Shown here: positions 26,401-40,490 of the stretch, piece by piece
Position numbering within the stretch: the stretch's first letter is position 1
Layout of the letters: each line of letters begins with the position of its first letter
DNA from: Entomortierella parvispora E1425
Lineage: Eukaryota > Fungi > Mortierellomycota
DNA: 64,000 nucleotides
NCBI GenBank assembly: GCA_020891255.1
Contig: BQFW01000008.1
Location: 248,001-312,000, forward strand
Reading direction: 5' to 3'
Program-made: the position numbers and the translations under genes
Notes under the pieces: model-generated
Told to the model about the DNA's origin: nothing
Databases searched by the model: none
What the model saw: the letters and a program-made list of their open reading frames with translations, nothing else

Positions 26401-28526
26401 CACTGAAAATCCGTTTGATTGGGGTACCAGATTATGGATGTTGCCAGAATCGCCATTGACCACGATATCGAGGTTGCCGCCTGCAATGGACACCAATGAC
26501 ACATTCCGTAGAGGTGCATCCGGGCCAAGAAAACCTCTTATCCAAAAGTTTTCTATCGTGTTGTAAATGTTGCTGATCTCAAAGTCCAGGGTTACAGGTG
26601 GGACCATATGGGGTGTCGCTGCTGTTACGATCGTGTTGACAGACCCAGGTTTGTAATTCTTCATCGTGAACAATGACCGAGCTACGACGCCTCCCATACT
26701 ATGTCCAAGGATCAGAACGGATGTTGGCCGTGGCAGACTTGGATCCAATGATCGATTGTCCTCGTAGAGTGAGAGAATGTATGCGATCGCGTCGTTCAAA
26801 AACTGTGCCTGCTCCATGAGTGAATGTCCATGTAGTGCTGAAAACTCTTCGTTAAAGTCCACTGGAGAAAAAAAGAGAGTAAGGAAAAGGAAAAGACAAA
26901 TAGACAGGCTGTAAAATACGCCAGATACAAAAAAAACTATCGCGTGCGTCAAAAAGTCCTTGCTTACCAGTGAAAAAGTCTATAGGTCGTGACATGGTGG
27001 ATCCAATCCGCAACCTTTCTGGCAGATAGGTTTCGTAGTAATATCTAGACGCCTCCTTGGCAATTGAGCGCACCTGCTTGGCGCTTCCTGCGTTTCCTGG
27101 GATGAACAATGCTGGGATTCCAACTGGCCGTACCTGAATCGGTTAGGATCAATTGAAACAAACGAAAATCAGTGGGAGAAAAAAAAAAAAAAAAAAAAAG
27201 GCTCCTATTTTGCATGACTCGTTTCCGGGCACGATCCGCATTCCCGCATGCTTTTGGCTCCGCTCTTACCTTGGCCTCTTTATCGATGGTGTAAACATTG
27301 TTGGTGTACTCTTTGAGCATATGTGAGGGTACCGGTACCTCATAGTCGTATCGATCCCGGAACAGCAGCAGCCCATATTTGCCTGCAAAAGCCGTCCTCT
27401 CCCGGTCAAAGCCCAGTAGCTTAAAATACTTTGGCTGCATGTACGTAAACTCGCAGTTGTCCTTGTCGACCTGTCGATAGAAATTCGAGTGAAAGATACA
27501 GCCCAACAATGCCATCGAGATCAGAAATAGGGTTGCCATCGGTGCCGAACACCCCACAGAGGCTGATCGACAAGACTGGAGCAAGGGTATGTTGGGTAAC
27601 TCGGGATGCGATTTGCTACGAGTCCTGGATCGCCCGTTTGGCGGATGTGTGGTTGCTGCAGATGTGGAGGAGGATGTTGCATAAAGAAGGTCGGCCGTCC
27701 CTGAAGATGACTCTTCCTTGTCCCGATGGTGATGCTGCCCACTGATACTGCTGCTGTGACTATAAGGAAGCGCGTATTGTGAAGGCGATGTTGGAGTTGA
27801 AGTCGATGTGCCACTGGCCGTGGGCGAAGAGGATCCTGTAGAGATGGACGTCGGCGACGCGTTGTTGGAGTGTATTGAAGCCGACAGTCGCCGCGAAGGA
27901 TAGCTGTTCCTTTCACTATGATACGTTGGGGATCCATACTGGGGGTTGGCCGTACTGCTGCTTCCATTGCTGTTGTTGCTGTTGTGGCCGTTGCTGTAGC
28001 GGAGTCTTTCCGACCGACGTGGGAGATGGGTCTGCTCCGTACTTGGGCTTGGATTGGAGCTGTGCATCCCGTCCTGATGAGTCAACTTTTGAAGAGCATG
28101 ATGGCGGGGCGAAGTCTTTATGAGCTCGGCAGGGTCCATGTCTCGATCGTGCAGTGCATGAGAGTCCAGACTCGACAGACCGTTGCTGTGGCTGCTGTCG
28201 GGTCCATGGTGGCTCTGATGAGCGCCCTGGCGTCCGTTCGGACGGGCTCCGCCGCCGCCCCCTGGAGAAGTTCTTGAAGTCATGGACGACCGCTTCCCGT
28301 TTGAGAGTCCGGTGTGGTGAAAAGGCGCGCTGCCGTTACTGGAGCTGGAGGTGGAGGGTCCCCGGTGGGTGGGGTGGTGGTATTCGTGGTCTTCGTCGTC
28401 GTGGTTCATGGACAACAAGAGATGGGACGACGAGGGTTGCGAGGCAGAAAAGGAGGAGGAAGGGAGAGGAGGAGAGTCGTCTGCGTCGACCTGAACATGG
28501 TGGCGACCAGAGGATGGTGATGGCAT
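23447..28526 (-). CDS. BST1: GPI inositol-deacylase (Bst1/PGAP1), multi-exon
   Basis: Disordered N-terminus, then a TM segment, CEFTYMQPKY, GIPALFIPGNAGSAKQVRS, lipase motif GHSMGG, ATPHMVPP, SIAGGNLD.VV, ADHVAILWCNQ. A multi-TM C-terminal half follows and ends GKKQK* (KKXX ER-retrieval motif). Confidence 0.95.
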
Positions 28527-29446
28527 GCGCACGCGTCGACTGTCTGAAGAGTAAGGATGGACAGCGGGGGGATGGACGTCTGTATGGGAAACGGAAAAGG
28601 GAAGAGAAAAAGGAAAGAGGGTTCTGAGCCTGGCTACAATGTTCCGTTGGTCTGTCCTGTGTTGTCCTGCAGTTGTAGGTGTGGTTTTATGTTCTTGTTC
28701 GGTGTCTTTTGTGTTTGTTGTAAGGAAGGGTGGAGTGGAGTGGAAGACACGAAGGAAGGACCCACTCAAGATCGCATCAAGGATAGAAAGGACTCTTTTT
28801 TTTCTTTTTGCTGTCGCGATCAACGGATCGAAATCAGGAGAGTATGAAATGCAGTGACAAATGAGGTGGAAATGAAGAGATGAAATGCAAATGCAATGAG
28901 AATGAAAGAATGGTCCCCTGGTGTCCTGTTCCTGCAAGTCCTGTCCCGTCTCTTGGATGGATGGATGGATGGATGGATGGATGGATGAATGGAAGAGAAG
29001 GAAGGGAGATCAGAAAGAATGAAAGAATGAAAGAGATCAGGGGGAAAGAGAACAGGACAGCCAAGAGTGCAGTTGGTTGTGCAGTGTGCAGTTCTGCTCA
29101 CTTTTTTTTTTTTTTTTTTTTATTTCGTTCCTGTCTTCCTTCACGCGAATATCTTCAGCCGATCGCCGGGCTGTTGTCTGTGTCCGACTCTATCCTGTCT
29201 GTCCGTCTGTTTGCAGCGATGTGCTCTCATACCCTGTTTTCTGTTTCCTTCTTTTTCTGTCTTTTCCTTCCTTCCTCTCCTTCCTTGACCTGCAATTCAG
29301 TCGCTCAATGCAAAAGGGCTGTCGTGCTTTTTTAATAGAGGTAAGGTAAGGTAATGATGCATGCTGTGATGTGAATGTGTGGAATGGTTGACTATGATAC
29401 ATTGGGATAGATGTGTGCAGGGGGGTAAAATGACGAAAACACTGCT

Positions 29447-32200
29447 CTACTTTGTCTTCTTCTTGCGCTTCAACATGGGGCCCACCAACGACTTGTAGTC
29501 ACCCACCGCAAACTCGCTCATGTCGTTCTTGCGCTTCAACACAATCTTGGGCTTGGCTCGCTCCTCCTTCTCGCGCTCCTTTTGAGATTTCCGCACCACA
29601 CGCGTCTCATCATCAGGATCCACACCCGGACGATGGCCGTTCTTGCCGCCGGCGCCCACCTTCTTCTTCTTGGGCTGAGGAATGTCCGAGGGCGCTTCAC
29701 GAAGAGCAAAACTCTTGGCAATATGACCCAAATGCAAGTTCTTGATATGGAAGATGTGCTTCTCCGCCGAAGGATGGGTCGCATACGACTTTACAAATGC
29801 CCAGAACGCTCCACGGGCGATCGCCATATTCTAAATGAAATAAAGACCCAAAATACGGGTTTGAGTCAGAAAACCAGAAAAAAGCCGAAAAATACTGGTG
29901 ACACGGAGAGCCATGCAGAGAGAAAGAACCGCGCAGCGGTACATTCAATCTCCCCAGGGAATCCACCTCAATTCCAATTGATTGTAAAAACAAGCTTACC
30001 TCGGGCGTATGAAGGTTATACCGTTCAAAACTGTTCTGGATATCGGTTGCGGGCTGTTGGTAGTCCGTTGACTTTGGAGGTGCCAACTTCATCAGAATGT
30101 TGGTCACCGTCACCTCTTGGGTTGGGAGACCCTGGGCGGTAAGGAGCTCCAGGTATTTGATCTCACTTGGCAGCAAGAACAACACCGCCTCACCATCACG
30201 TCCCAAACGCGCTGTACGACCCACACGATGGACGTAATCCTTCAGATCCGAAGGAGGATCGTACTGAATAATATGGCTCACATCAGGCAGATCAAGTCCA
30301 CGCGCAGCGACATCGGTCGCAAACAAAACACCGCTGGGTGCCTTGCAGAACTCAAAGTAGGTATCCGTTCTCAATCCCTGGGCCAAGTTTCCATGGAGGC
30401 GGAACAGGGGCACATCGGGGAGAATAGCACCCATCAACGACAACTGAGCCCTAGCCTTCCTGGCGTTCGCCCTCTCGGTCTCGCGCTTTGCCTTGTACAT
30501 CTCGTCCGTGATCGACTTTGCATCAATACGGTTGGCGGCAGAGACAAAGTCTGGAATTTCATCCGCCTTGCCCTCGTCGTCCTCATCCTCGTTATAGTTT
30601 TGTCCAAAGAATCCATCCTGAGAGGGCTCCTTCTTGGTCTCCTTGCCTGCATTCGCAAACAATCCGTGATGGAAATCCACAGAGTCGCATGACGACAAGA
30701 ATACGACCAACTTGGGGGCCTTGGCCTTCTTGTCCTTGAGCGCAAACGCATTCTTGAGCATCGCCGTCAAAGTGACCAAACGAAGCTTGGCCTGAGCCAC
30801 CACATACAACTGCTTCAACTGTTCAGGGGTCGAGAACTGCTGTGCCTGCTTCTCCTCCTTGGTGACCAACTCCTCTCCTGGAATGCCCTTGGTGATGGCG
30901 ACCTCCTTCTTGGCACTGATATAAATGGGGTCCACAAGCGACGATCCAGCCAGACGCTGGACCTCATCCGACAATGTGGCCGAACAAAGGACAGTCTGTC
31001 TCTTCTGAGGCCAGACCTTGGTGGTATCATTCCCGCTTGTCACCGATGCCGCAATCTTGACACGGGCATCCAGAATCTTCAAGATGGCCGTCATGGACTC
31101 CTCGAATCCCAACTCCAACAAACGATCGGCCTCATCCAAGACCAACCAACGCAAACTTTGGACCTCGAAGGCTTTGGTGTTTTGCAAATGATCCAGCAAA
31201 CGTCCGGGGGTGCCCACCAAAATGTTGACGCCCTTGCGAAGTCTAGCCTTCTCTGACTTTTTCTTGTCTCCTCCAATGACAATTCCTGGAACAATCCAAT
31301 GCGAGCGCTTCTTTCCTGTGGTGGATGAGGCGGGCATGCTCAAAAGAGTTTCCAGAACCTGCAAAATCTGCTTGGCCAACTCGCGGGTGGGGGTCATGAT
31401 GATGGCAAGGGTACCGATCGAGCGCTTGGACTCGAGGTCCAAGGCAGGTGAGGACTCTGACTCGATCAAACGGTTGACAATAGGCAAAAGGTAGGTGAGA
31501 GTCTTTCCTGATCCTGTCTCGGCCTGAATAATGACATCGGTATCAGTCTTTGGGATGTCGTCGCCAACTTTACGGGTAGGGCCCAAAAGAACAGGGATAG
31601 CCTTTTGTTGAATGACGGTGGGCATGGTGACTCTGAGCTTGCCCTCCATGTGCTTGACCAAATCAGCGTCCAATCCGATACCAGTGAATGTTGAAGTGTT
31701 GAGGGGAGCATTACTGGGCTTGCCGATAGGGCGTTGAAGAGTTTTGACCTAAATTTCATGGAATTCACGATGAGCATTTTGAATGATTACAAACATGTAG
31801 CAAAGTGCTACCCTGAAACTACTACTTCGACACATACCTTTTCAATCTTGTTGTCTTCAGGGGAAAAGATGGAGGACTGAACCTGAGATTTTCCGTGCAT
31901 GAGCTTGGCCTCCTTGGAGGCTGAGGGATCGCCCGCCATGAAATCCTCAAAGGCGTTATGGGCACGAGCCTGGGCCTGCTCACGGGCAGTGACAATAGCC
32001 TCTGAAGCAGCGGCAGAAGAGGAAGAGGAAGCAGAAGGGGCAGAGGAAGCAGGGCGGGAAGCGACAGCAATCTTGCGCTTCACCGACTTGACAGCCTTGG
32101 CCCTGTCCTTCCAACGGCCACCCTTGGGCTTGGCCATGCGCATTGGCGCCGCATCTCCCGAGGGGGCAGCAAAGTTGAGTACGAGTCCGCCTCCGTCCAT
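29447..32200 (-). CDS. DBP7: DEAD-box RNA helicase Dbp7/DDX31 (60S biogenesis), 3 exons
   Basis: [12 protein letters not shown]-terminus; [66 protein letters not shown]; C-terminal [22 protein letters not shown]. Confidence 0.96.
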
Positions 32201-32608
32201 GATGTCAGGGGTTCTGAATGGAGGGATAGATGGATGGGAAAGGGAGAGATGATATGGTCCGAAGGGCTGAAACGATGATGACAAAGAGGAACCACGCTGC
32301 ATGGACGCAATGGTTTATCAACATAGTCAGCACATGCAAGAAAAAAAAAAGAAAAAAAATGGCCAAGCCACCGTTGCAAAATGAAAACAAATCATTGGTT
32401 GGACTGTCTTTATTTCCAATGCTGAAAGGATTTAACGCTGCACAAGCGCGCGATGGTGCAAGGGCGTTTTTTTTTTTTTTTTTTTGGACGGGTTCACACT
32501 GGGGCCAAGCTCGTTCTCATTCTCATAAAGTTTTATTAGGAAACAAATGCAGCAAAGGATGGACATTACATGGGCAGAATATAAAAGAAAACACGCGACT
32601 CTACGACT

Positions 32609-35127
32609 CTAGAGGATAGTCATCTTTGTCATGATCTGCTGCTGCTGCTTGTAAGAGATCGTGGCAGGGTATCCATTGGGACCTCCAACCAACACCGACA
32701 TCAACACATCCAGATCAAATGGCACCATGGCTCCTCCAAGAGCAATCAAGGGGTACGTGGGCACAAACTTGGTGGTCAAGAAGATACCAAAGTCCAAGCC
32801 CGAGGGATGTTGAAGGATCAAGTCGGGCGAGGTCACGGCTCCGTTCGCGGGCACAGTCTGCTGGTAGACTGCATTAATCGTTCCGAAAAAGTTGCCCTCC
32901 CACGAGACCTGGGTAACCTGACCCGTCACCAACAAATCCGTGGCCAGGGGATTGATCATCTGGACAGTGGTGGTGGTCTGGCGGTCGCCAAAGAGAGTGC
33001 TCAAGGTCGAAACGGCGGTACCGCCCGTCACCAGGTTGGGTGGGGGGTTCAAGCCGGGAGCTGTAGAAGCGATCACGACCTCGGACATAGCCTGTTGCAA
33101 CTCTACAATGGAGGTCGAGTCACTGGAGCCGACGACCTTGAGGGGGAAGTTGGAACCGATAAGGTACTCGCTCAAGAACTGATCACGAAGAGTTGCGTTC
33201 GTGGGGTGGAAGAGGAATTGAGTAGGTGTGGGGTTGGCACCGGGAACGACCTTCAAGCTGGGAATGGAGAGTTCACCGAGGAACTGATCCGTCACCTTGT
33301 CATAGACAGTGAGCAAGACACTGCCACCGGTAACGCTCAAGTTGGAAGGGTTGGGGAGGTTCACCAACTGGTTCATGATGATGTAGTCGGAATTACCGCC
33401 GCTCACGACAACATTTGTCACGGCAGCGTTGATGGCGTTAAAGTTGAGACCTGCCATAGTAACACTGGAGTTGAAGGGAATGCCGGTCAAGGTGATGGTA
33501 CCCATTGGGGTGGACGAAATGGCGTTAGCAAGACCAGTGACGATGAAGGTCTGCTCCTGCTTCACGGTGAGGTCGGCCACGAACTGGTCAAACTCAGCAT
33601 GAGCATCCTCCTGGACGACAAGAGGCGAGGGAGGCAAGCTGAAAACGATCAATCCATCCGGGATGTTCGAGTTGGCAGCGCTCCAGACAGCAGCAGTGAT
33701 ATCACCGAGAGTCTTGCCTCCGTAAACGATCGACATGGTGTTGCTGACGTTCTGCATTCCAATGGTAATGTTGAAAGGAAGCTTGAAGCCAGCGGTGACA
33801 GTGTTGGAGCTGGCAGTGGGGATATAGGGAGTGGCGTTGTTGAAGACCATACCCATGTCCTTGATGCTGATATCACGAATGACATTCAAGGGAGTAGGGG
33901 ATTGGAGAGGGACATTCAAGGTCAAGGCCATCAATCCATTGCTCAACCAGGAGACGGCGTTGACACCATCGGGCTTGACAGAGACACCCTTGGCGCTGGT
34001 CATGGTGACCTTGCCGGCCAAGAAATTGGACATCAGGACACCAACGTTATCGAGGTCAGTCTGGTTGGTCTGACGGAAGAGTGTGCCCTTGAGCGTCAGA
34101 GGGGAGGGAGATCCGCCAACCAGGACGGCATCGGTGGCAGTGACCTGTCCGAGATAGGTACCGTTAAAGAACATGTCGAGGACCATGGTACCGAGGACCA
34201 TACCGATGGGTGAGGGGTTGTTCATAGATGTGATCAACTCGACGTAAGCACCACCGTTGTTGGGCGCATCACCTGGCATCGTGAAGCTGTTGATGGTAAC
34301 AGCACTGAAGCCGTTCATACCGAGCATGTTGAGATTCTTGGTAAGATTAATATTCTTAATCGTGCGACCCATGGCCTTGACCTCGACCTTGGAGTTTAGC
34401 GTCCACACGAAGCTCTCGATCGACAACTGTTAGCAGGTACACAAAAAACCCCCCATGATGGCAATAGAAGAAAGAAAAACAAACAACCGAAATATTAATA
34501 TGAATCATATACAAAAGTAGCTTGGGATGAACCGTAGAGATCATTCTCCAATCTGCAACAGAAACAATTGCTTACCATCTGCTTGGCAAAGTCAGTGAAG
34601 GCATCCTTGTCAATGATTGTGAATGTGGTCTCGTCTACAATGGAGGCCTTTCCGCCCGAGGCCTTGACGCTCGACATGAGCATGCTTCCCAACTGTTTTC
34701 CTTCCCAGTTGACCACGATGGGTTCTGGAAAGACGATTGTAGCAGGGAAGATTCCAGCGTTGCCGATGCCACCGGTCAAAGAGACCTTCATACCGGTTTC
34801 AGTCGCGTCTGTCATGTTAAGCTGGCTCATGGTCATGTGCGATCCATTGACGATCGACTGGACGACCTTGGGCAAGATCACCAAGAGCAGCAAGGGAATG
34901 AAGATGGCCAGGATCACAATCAAGATGATTACGCATCGAATCCAGAAACGTTTTGTTTGGTAGAATCGAACGCGCTTCTCGGCCTCATGATCATACTCTT
35001 CCCAGGGCTCCTTCTCGTCAATGTAATCGACCTCCTCAGGTGCATAGGGGAGATCAGCATCGCTGATCGAGTCGTGAGAGGTGGTATCGTGCTTTTCCGT
35101 GAGGTGCTCGTTAGAATGGGATGACAT
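32609..35127 (-). CDS. Type II membrane protein with repeated DUF3712 (LEA_2-like beta-sandwich) domains; Tag1-like family, 2 exons
   Basis: Acidic N-terminus, RFYQTKRFWIRC plus one TM (VIILIVILAIFIPLLLLVILP), then IVIDETTFTIIDKDAFTDFAKQM|LSIESFVWTL...GMNGF...NPSPIGMVLGTMVLDMFFNGTYLG, and repeated N/T-rich beta-strand units. Confidence 0.75.
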
Positions 35128-36815
35128 TATGAATTATGGAGGAGGAGAATGAGAGAGGGGAAGGAGGAGGGGGTATATCGATTGGGAGATAAGGCTTATG
35201 AACGGTCGATGATGAGGGTGATTACAAGAAAATGAGGAGTGAGGGGAGAAGGTCGGGATGGGAAGGATGATAAATGTGTGCGAGTGCGGTGGTTGGGGGG
35301 ACCCGGGTACGAGGAGAGGGATGCAAGGGGAGGAGTTGCAAAAGATGGGAAGGCGAAGGTCGACAGAGGGGGACGGACAGTCGATCAGCAAGAGGAGGGT
35401 GAGGGATCCAGGGACGAAAGAGAAGGAAAGCAAAAGAGAGGGAGAATAAAAACCTCGAGGCAAAAAAGAGTTGAATGGGATCCGGGCCGTGTTTGTTTGT
35501 TTGCTGTTCTTTGTAGCGGAACCGCACCGCAATTGAATCTTGACTGGCAGGCTGCTGGGGAGGCAAATAGGAAATATAACGATGGAAGGAAGAACGGACG
35601 ACGTTGTGAAAAGAAGAGAGCTGGCTTGCCTCATGTTTCCTTCCATATGTTCTCATCTTTCTCCCCCCGGGTTTTTGGGTTCTGAAGCGAGATATGATCG
35701 GACGGATGAGTTGCTGTGGAAACAAGTCAGATATTAGAGGCCAGATGGCGACCTGATTGCTGGCTTCTTTGTAAAGGTAATCGAGGTCAGCCCAGGCTTG
35801 CGAAGGTTTGTAGCGAAACTTGAGAGCCTCGGACCTTGTCTTCAATTCATTCACGCGTGGACTGAGTGTCCACTAGCCGGAATAGAGGGAAAAATAAAAT
35901 ATCGAGAGCTTTTTTTTTTTTTTTTTTTTTCACTTTCTCTTTCTTTTCTTTTTCTCTATCGCCATTCGAACGGCTGCTTAGCACGGGTGGGTTCAATCGT
36001 CTGGTTGCGATGACAAGTTGGGAGCAGCTTGGCTGAGATTGGATATTCGACAAGGGGAGAAGGGGCCATCTGCCTCGCTCTGGAAGCGGACTGGCCGACG
36101 ACCCTCGTGCGGCGCAAAAAGAAACAGGTGAATGACCCTCAACCGATGTGGGGCCGCCTCCTCAGTTGTGGAAGAAGATGATACGGGGATTCAAATGGCG
36201 ATAGACCCGCCGCAAAGGCAGTGGAGAAGATAATTGCCCAGCGCTCTCTGTCTCTCTTCCTCCACTGCCCGACCAAGTGGGGCCACTCCCACACGACCTG
36301 CATTTACTCGGTTGGAGGAGTGGTAGGATCTTGACCCCGTCGATTTCGCAGACATCTTGGTACCCTTCTTCGTTCTGTTGCCTTACGCGTCTTGTCCTAC
36401 ATCTGTATTTTTTTTACCTTTCTCAGGGTTCCCACGTCCGTGAATAACTGTGCGTGGTGTTTGTTGGTATTGCTGCAATGTTTGCAAACAGTCAGGGCTA
36501 AAATAAAGTCAACGGTCTTAAAATGATTATTGTTTGTACGACACAGCGATCAGGCAAAAAGAGGATTGCCACATGCAAATTACCCACACTGTTCCGAACT
36601 GCATAGGGCTTTTCTGTCCCTGGACGCGTGGACAATCCTATGTATCACTTTGTCTGTCGTTTTTGTCAAAGACTGAAGACTGAATACGTATTCCTGATTA
36701 TATCTTTCTCTTTTTCTGTTCATACTTGGACCATGTTACCGCAATCTCAACTGTGTGTTGTAGGAAGGTTTTGCGTCCCAGTCCATAGAACAGTGCTATC
36801 AGTATGAACATGGCA

Positions 36816-36818
<3 letters not shown>

Positions 36819-36864
<46 letters not shown>
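36819..36864. repeat. (AC)n microsatellite, about 23 units
   Basis: Read directly; intergenic. Confidence 0.97.
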
Positions 36865-36866
<2 letters not shown>

Positions 36867-37748
36867 AACTCTGGTCAACAGAAGAGAGGATAGGCGACGA
36901 TCAATGGCCTAAACCTGCTGCCAGATCGGAGTAATGAGGCAGAATGGACCATCCAAGTGCAAGTACGGGTAATGTGCATGTGGTAAATGTCACTTTATCC
37001 CGCACAATTGAGGAACCTCCCTCTTTGGCTAGAAATGGGCCGGCTTGGTCTTTGTGAGGCAGAGAGTAACGACATCACCGTTCATGAAAAAAATTGAGGG
37101 TCCGTCAGAGAGTCGTTCTCCCCATCATGGACTGGGATTTTAACTCTCGGCAGAGCCCGCTTCTTTTTTTTTGTAGACGACTCTGGGAGCCGAGATATCG
37201 AGAGAGATAGAGGTACCTCCATACGTACCATGCCCGTTTAGTCTTTGGCGCCAGACTTGGCGTCGTCTTGTACGGATATGGCTGACCAGATGCACTCTAC
37301 CCATGAGACTCTTTCAACATTCCTCGCGGATCGGCTTGCATTACACAAATTATCGCGGATCGGCCTGGTTTTAGGGACAGTTTATCGCGTGGCGAGGAAC
37401 AAACAAACAAAAAAAGACGCAATGGGCCTCACTCTTGGACGATCTCACATGGCAACTTAGGGGGGGACACGCAACGAACATGACCATGGCGCAAAAATAT
37501 AACAAGTTGAAATGCAAAATGAATGATGATGAAGTCATGGGTTGGGTATCAAAACTGCAGACAACATTTTATTTCGTGATCCTTTGTCAAGAAAAACAAA
37601 CAAAACTTGCCCCTCAGAGGCTAGGGTCAAAAGTAAAAGTACAGCAAGGGAAAGATGCCATCTCCCTTATCTCTCCAAAAAAAGAGTCGACAGAAAACAG
37701 GAAAAAAAAACACGAGAAACAAAAACAAAGAAGCAAAGAGAAGCATGT

Positions 37749-39929
37749 CTAGCTAACAAACTGAGAGCGAATCTGATCCAAAGGAATGGTGCAACTGTGG
37801 TCAATGTTGTGCCAGAAGGCCATGGCTTTGGTTACGCCCAAGAAATGCACCGCACATCCAATCAACACGCAAATATGGAAAATCTGATGCGACGCCGCCT
37901 AGAGGGATAAAGAAGGAGCACATAAAGGAGGGTCATGTCAGCTGCAGATCAGAAAGAACAGGTCTCCTGTTGCAAAAACAGCTAGAGCATCGACACGTAG
38001 ACTTACAAAGTTATCAAATTTTCCAGGAAACCAGCACTCGGGCACGCGACTTCCATAGATCAACGCACCAAGGACGTACGCGGCGCCCATGCAGAACATG
38101 TAATTCAGGGCAATTGCTCTCTGAGCCATTGCAAATCCATAGAGAATAATACCATGGACGACAGGGAACAGCCCTGAGAGACCCATAGCCAGAAACAAAC
38201 CAGAGCGCACCCATCGGAATTGAGGTGTCCTGAACTTTGGTCGAAGAACCACCACTATTGTCGCCGCTCCAAAAGTCGAAATCATAGCAATGTACATGAT
38301 CTGGAATGTTTGATGGCAGTAGAATGCTAGAGAGAATAAAAAGACAGCAGTCAGCAAAGGAAGAGCCGTTTCAAGATTGGATTATCTGATTCTTTGTCAT
38401 GAAAGAGATGGGCGATGATATCTTCACGTACCATAAAAAATAGCAGGATAGAAAGATCCGACAATCAAAAAGACGATACCGACATAGTCGCATCGATTCC
38501 ATTGAGAAGAAACCCCTTCTGAATGACAGCAAAAGGTATGGAAGCTGGCTGACATAGATAAACAGATGATGGCTCCTGCAAGGAAGGCATAAAAGACTGC
38601 AATGTCTGTCCAATGAATGGTCTCCATGACGCCAATGATCTTGAAGTAAGAAATAGGTGCCACAATCAGGAACGCCACAGCTCCCAGCAGATGCGACCAA
38701 ATATTCACTAGATCATTGAATGATTGCGATCGTTGTCAGTATGTTTTTCCATTTGTGCAAGTTCAGTGCGCTAAACAAGGTACGTTGTGCAACAACGAAT
38801 GTGGGCAAAGAAATCAGGCACGCATCCTCTCTGTTCCTCCCTGGACAATAGATAATGAACAACGTGAGGAAAACAAAAACGACGACTGGGCTCAGGATGG
38901 AGCAACAGAAGAAAGCGCGCAAACAACGAGGGCTCGAATCATTTCACAGGGCATCCCATGAGCTCGCTCTCGCCGTTTACAAAGAAAGGTACATCGCACA
39001 GAAAGGTCTGGTTGATAACATGAACAACTATCATGTAAAGCTTGGTGGTCGCACATGTGCAATGAGTCCTCGACATGTGAGTCCAGACATTTCAGTCCTG
39101 ATTAAAGGGTGAGGGGCAACGCAGGGGAGAGAGGGAAGGTGGAAGATCCAAACAACAAAGGCAGTGGGGCCTCCATGACAATGGAATGCAGTCCAAGGCA
39201 AGACCAAGGGCCATCGTGAAACGAGGGTCACTCTGCCCAAAAAGCCTGGTCTCATGCAAGAACAAGGAAATCACGAAAAGAAGCGCAGCAGGCCCCACCC
39301 TTTGAGATCCACTTACCACTTTCGTTGTGCAAATAGCCCAGAGAGATGAGAGCTTGACGGTAACTAAAAGTCGGGCGGCGGTATCCTGTCAAGATGGCAG
39401 GGTTATCCTTCATCCACGGTGGGAGATCTGCCCAAGAACAGAGTCGCCCAAGGTTGCTCTGTCCGCCAGTTTCGTCGGGTAACTGTTTGCAGTAGGGATC
39501 CTCCCCGTCCGAGTGCTGGTGATGGTGACGGTGGCTGTGCAGGGAGGATCGTTTCTCGCTGTATTCATCGTCCTGGTGGGTGTGATTGCTATCGGAGGCT
39601 GTCAAGGTAAAGATCCGAATGGGCTCCGAGGGATTGTCGTCGCCTCGTTCGTGACTCTCCTTGCGGTCGTGGGTATAATCATCATCGGGCATCTTGACTG
39701 TTTCTTGATCTGCAGAAGAAAAATTTTTGTGGTCGTGATGATGGAGGGACGAGCCCGTGTGAGGGAGATCGTGAGCAGTCGTTTTTGAGACCACGGTGGA
39801 CGAAGAGAGACGGGAGGGAGCAGGCGAGGTGGAGGGCTTCATGCTGGAAGACGAGGCGGTGGAGACTCTGGTAGACCGCAAGGTCGTTGAGGAAGCAGAG
39901 AAGATCGAAGAGAGGTGGGAGGACGCCAT
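37749..39929 (-). CDS. PAQR/adiponectin-receptor family protein (Izh/hemolysin-III-like), 4 exons
   Basis: LPPWMKDNPAILTGYR, LHNES|VNIWSHLLGA, SASFHTFCCHSE, DYVGI, ARVPECWFPGKFD, SHQIFH...VHF: the conserved three-His zinc-site PAQR motifs. Confidence 0.95.
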
Positions 39930-40300
39930 TGAGTTAGTATCGATTGCAACTGAAGGACGAGAAGTAGGACGGTGGAAACGGGCCAGGAACGGAAAAAGGA
40001 AGAGCAACGAGAAGAGAAGAGAAAAGAGGAAAGAGAGGACGAAATCAAACGGGCGATCTCAGCATTGCATTTACATATGACAGCGATAACGGAACGACAG
40101 GGTCCCCTTTTTGTTCCTTCAGAGATTCAGAGAGAGAGAGAGCAAGAGGATGGATGCGACGATGGCACAGGGACAGGGAACAAGGCAGGGGGTGGAGAGA
40201 AGGGACTGTCTTCCCGTTAATTAATTGTTTGTGGGGAACAGTGACAAGGGAAGGAAGGAAGGAAGGGATCAGCCCTGCTGGAGGAGGTGGAATGGAGTGG

Positions 40301-40490
<190 letters not shown>

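Noticed and set aside
32807-34213. 468-aa plus-strand ORF
   Set aside because: An antisense shadow of the codon-biased DUF3712 gene. Similar shadow ORFs overlie ETFA, DBP7, PRS and LEO1.
36690-36810. 37-codon minus-strand ORF MFILIALFYGLGRK...
   Set aside because: Too short, adjacent to a microsatellite, with no homology or splice support.
37325-37364. Direct repeat CGCGGATCGGC twice, 29 bp apart (possible Zn2Cys6 sites)
   Set aside because: Only two copies, downstream of the PAQR 3' end and more than 2 kb from the nearest start codon; not distinguishable from chance without conservation data.
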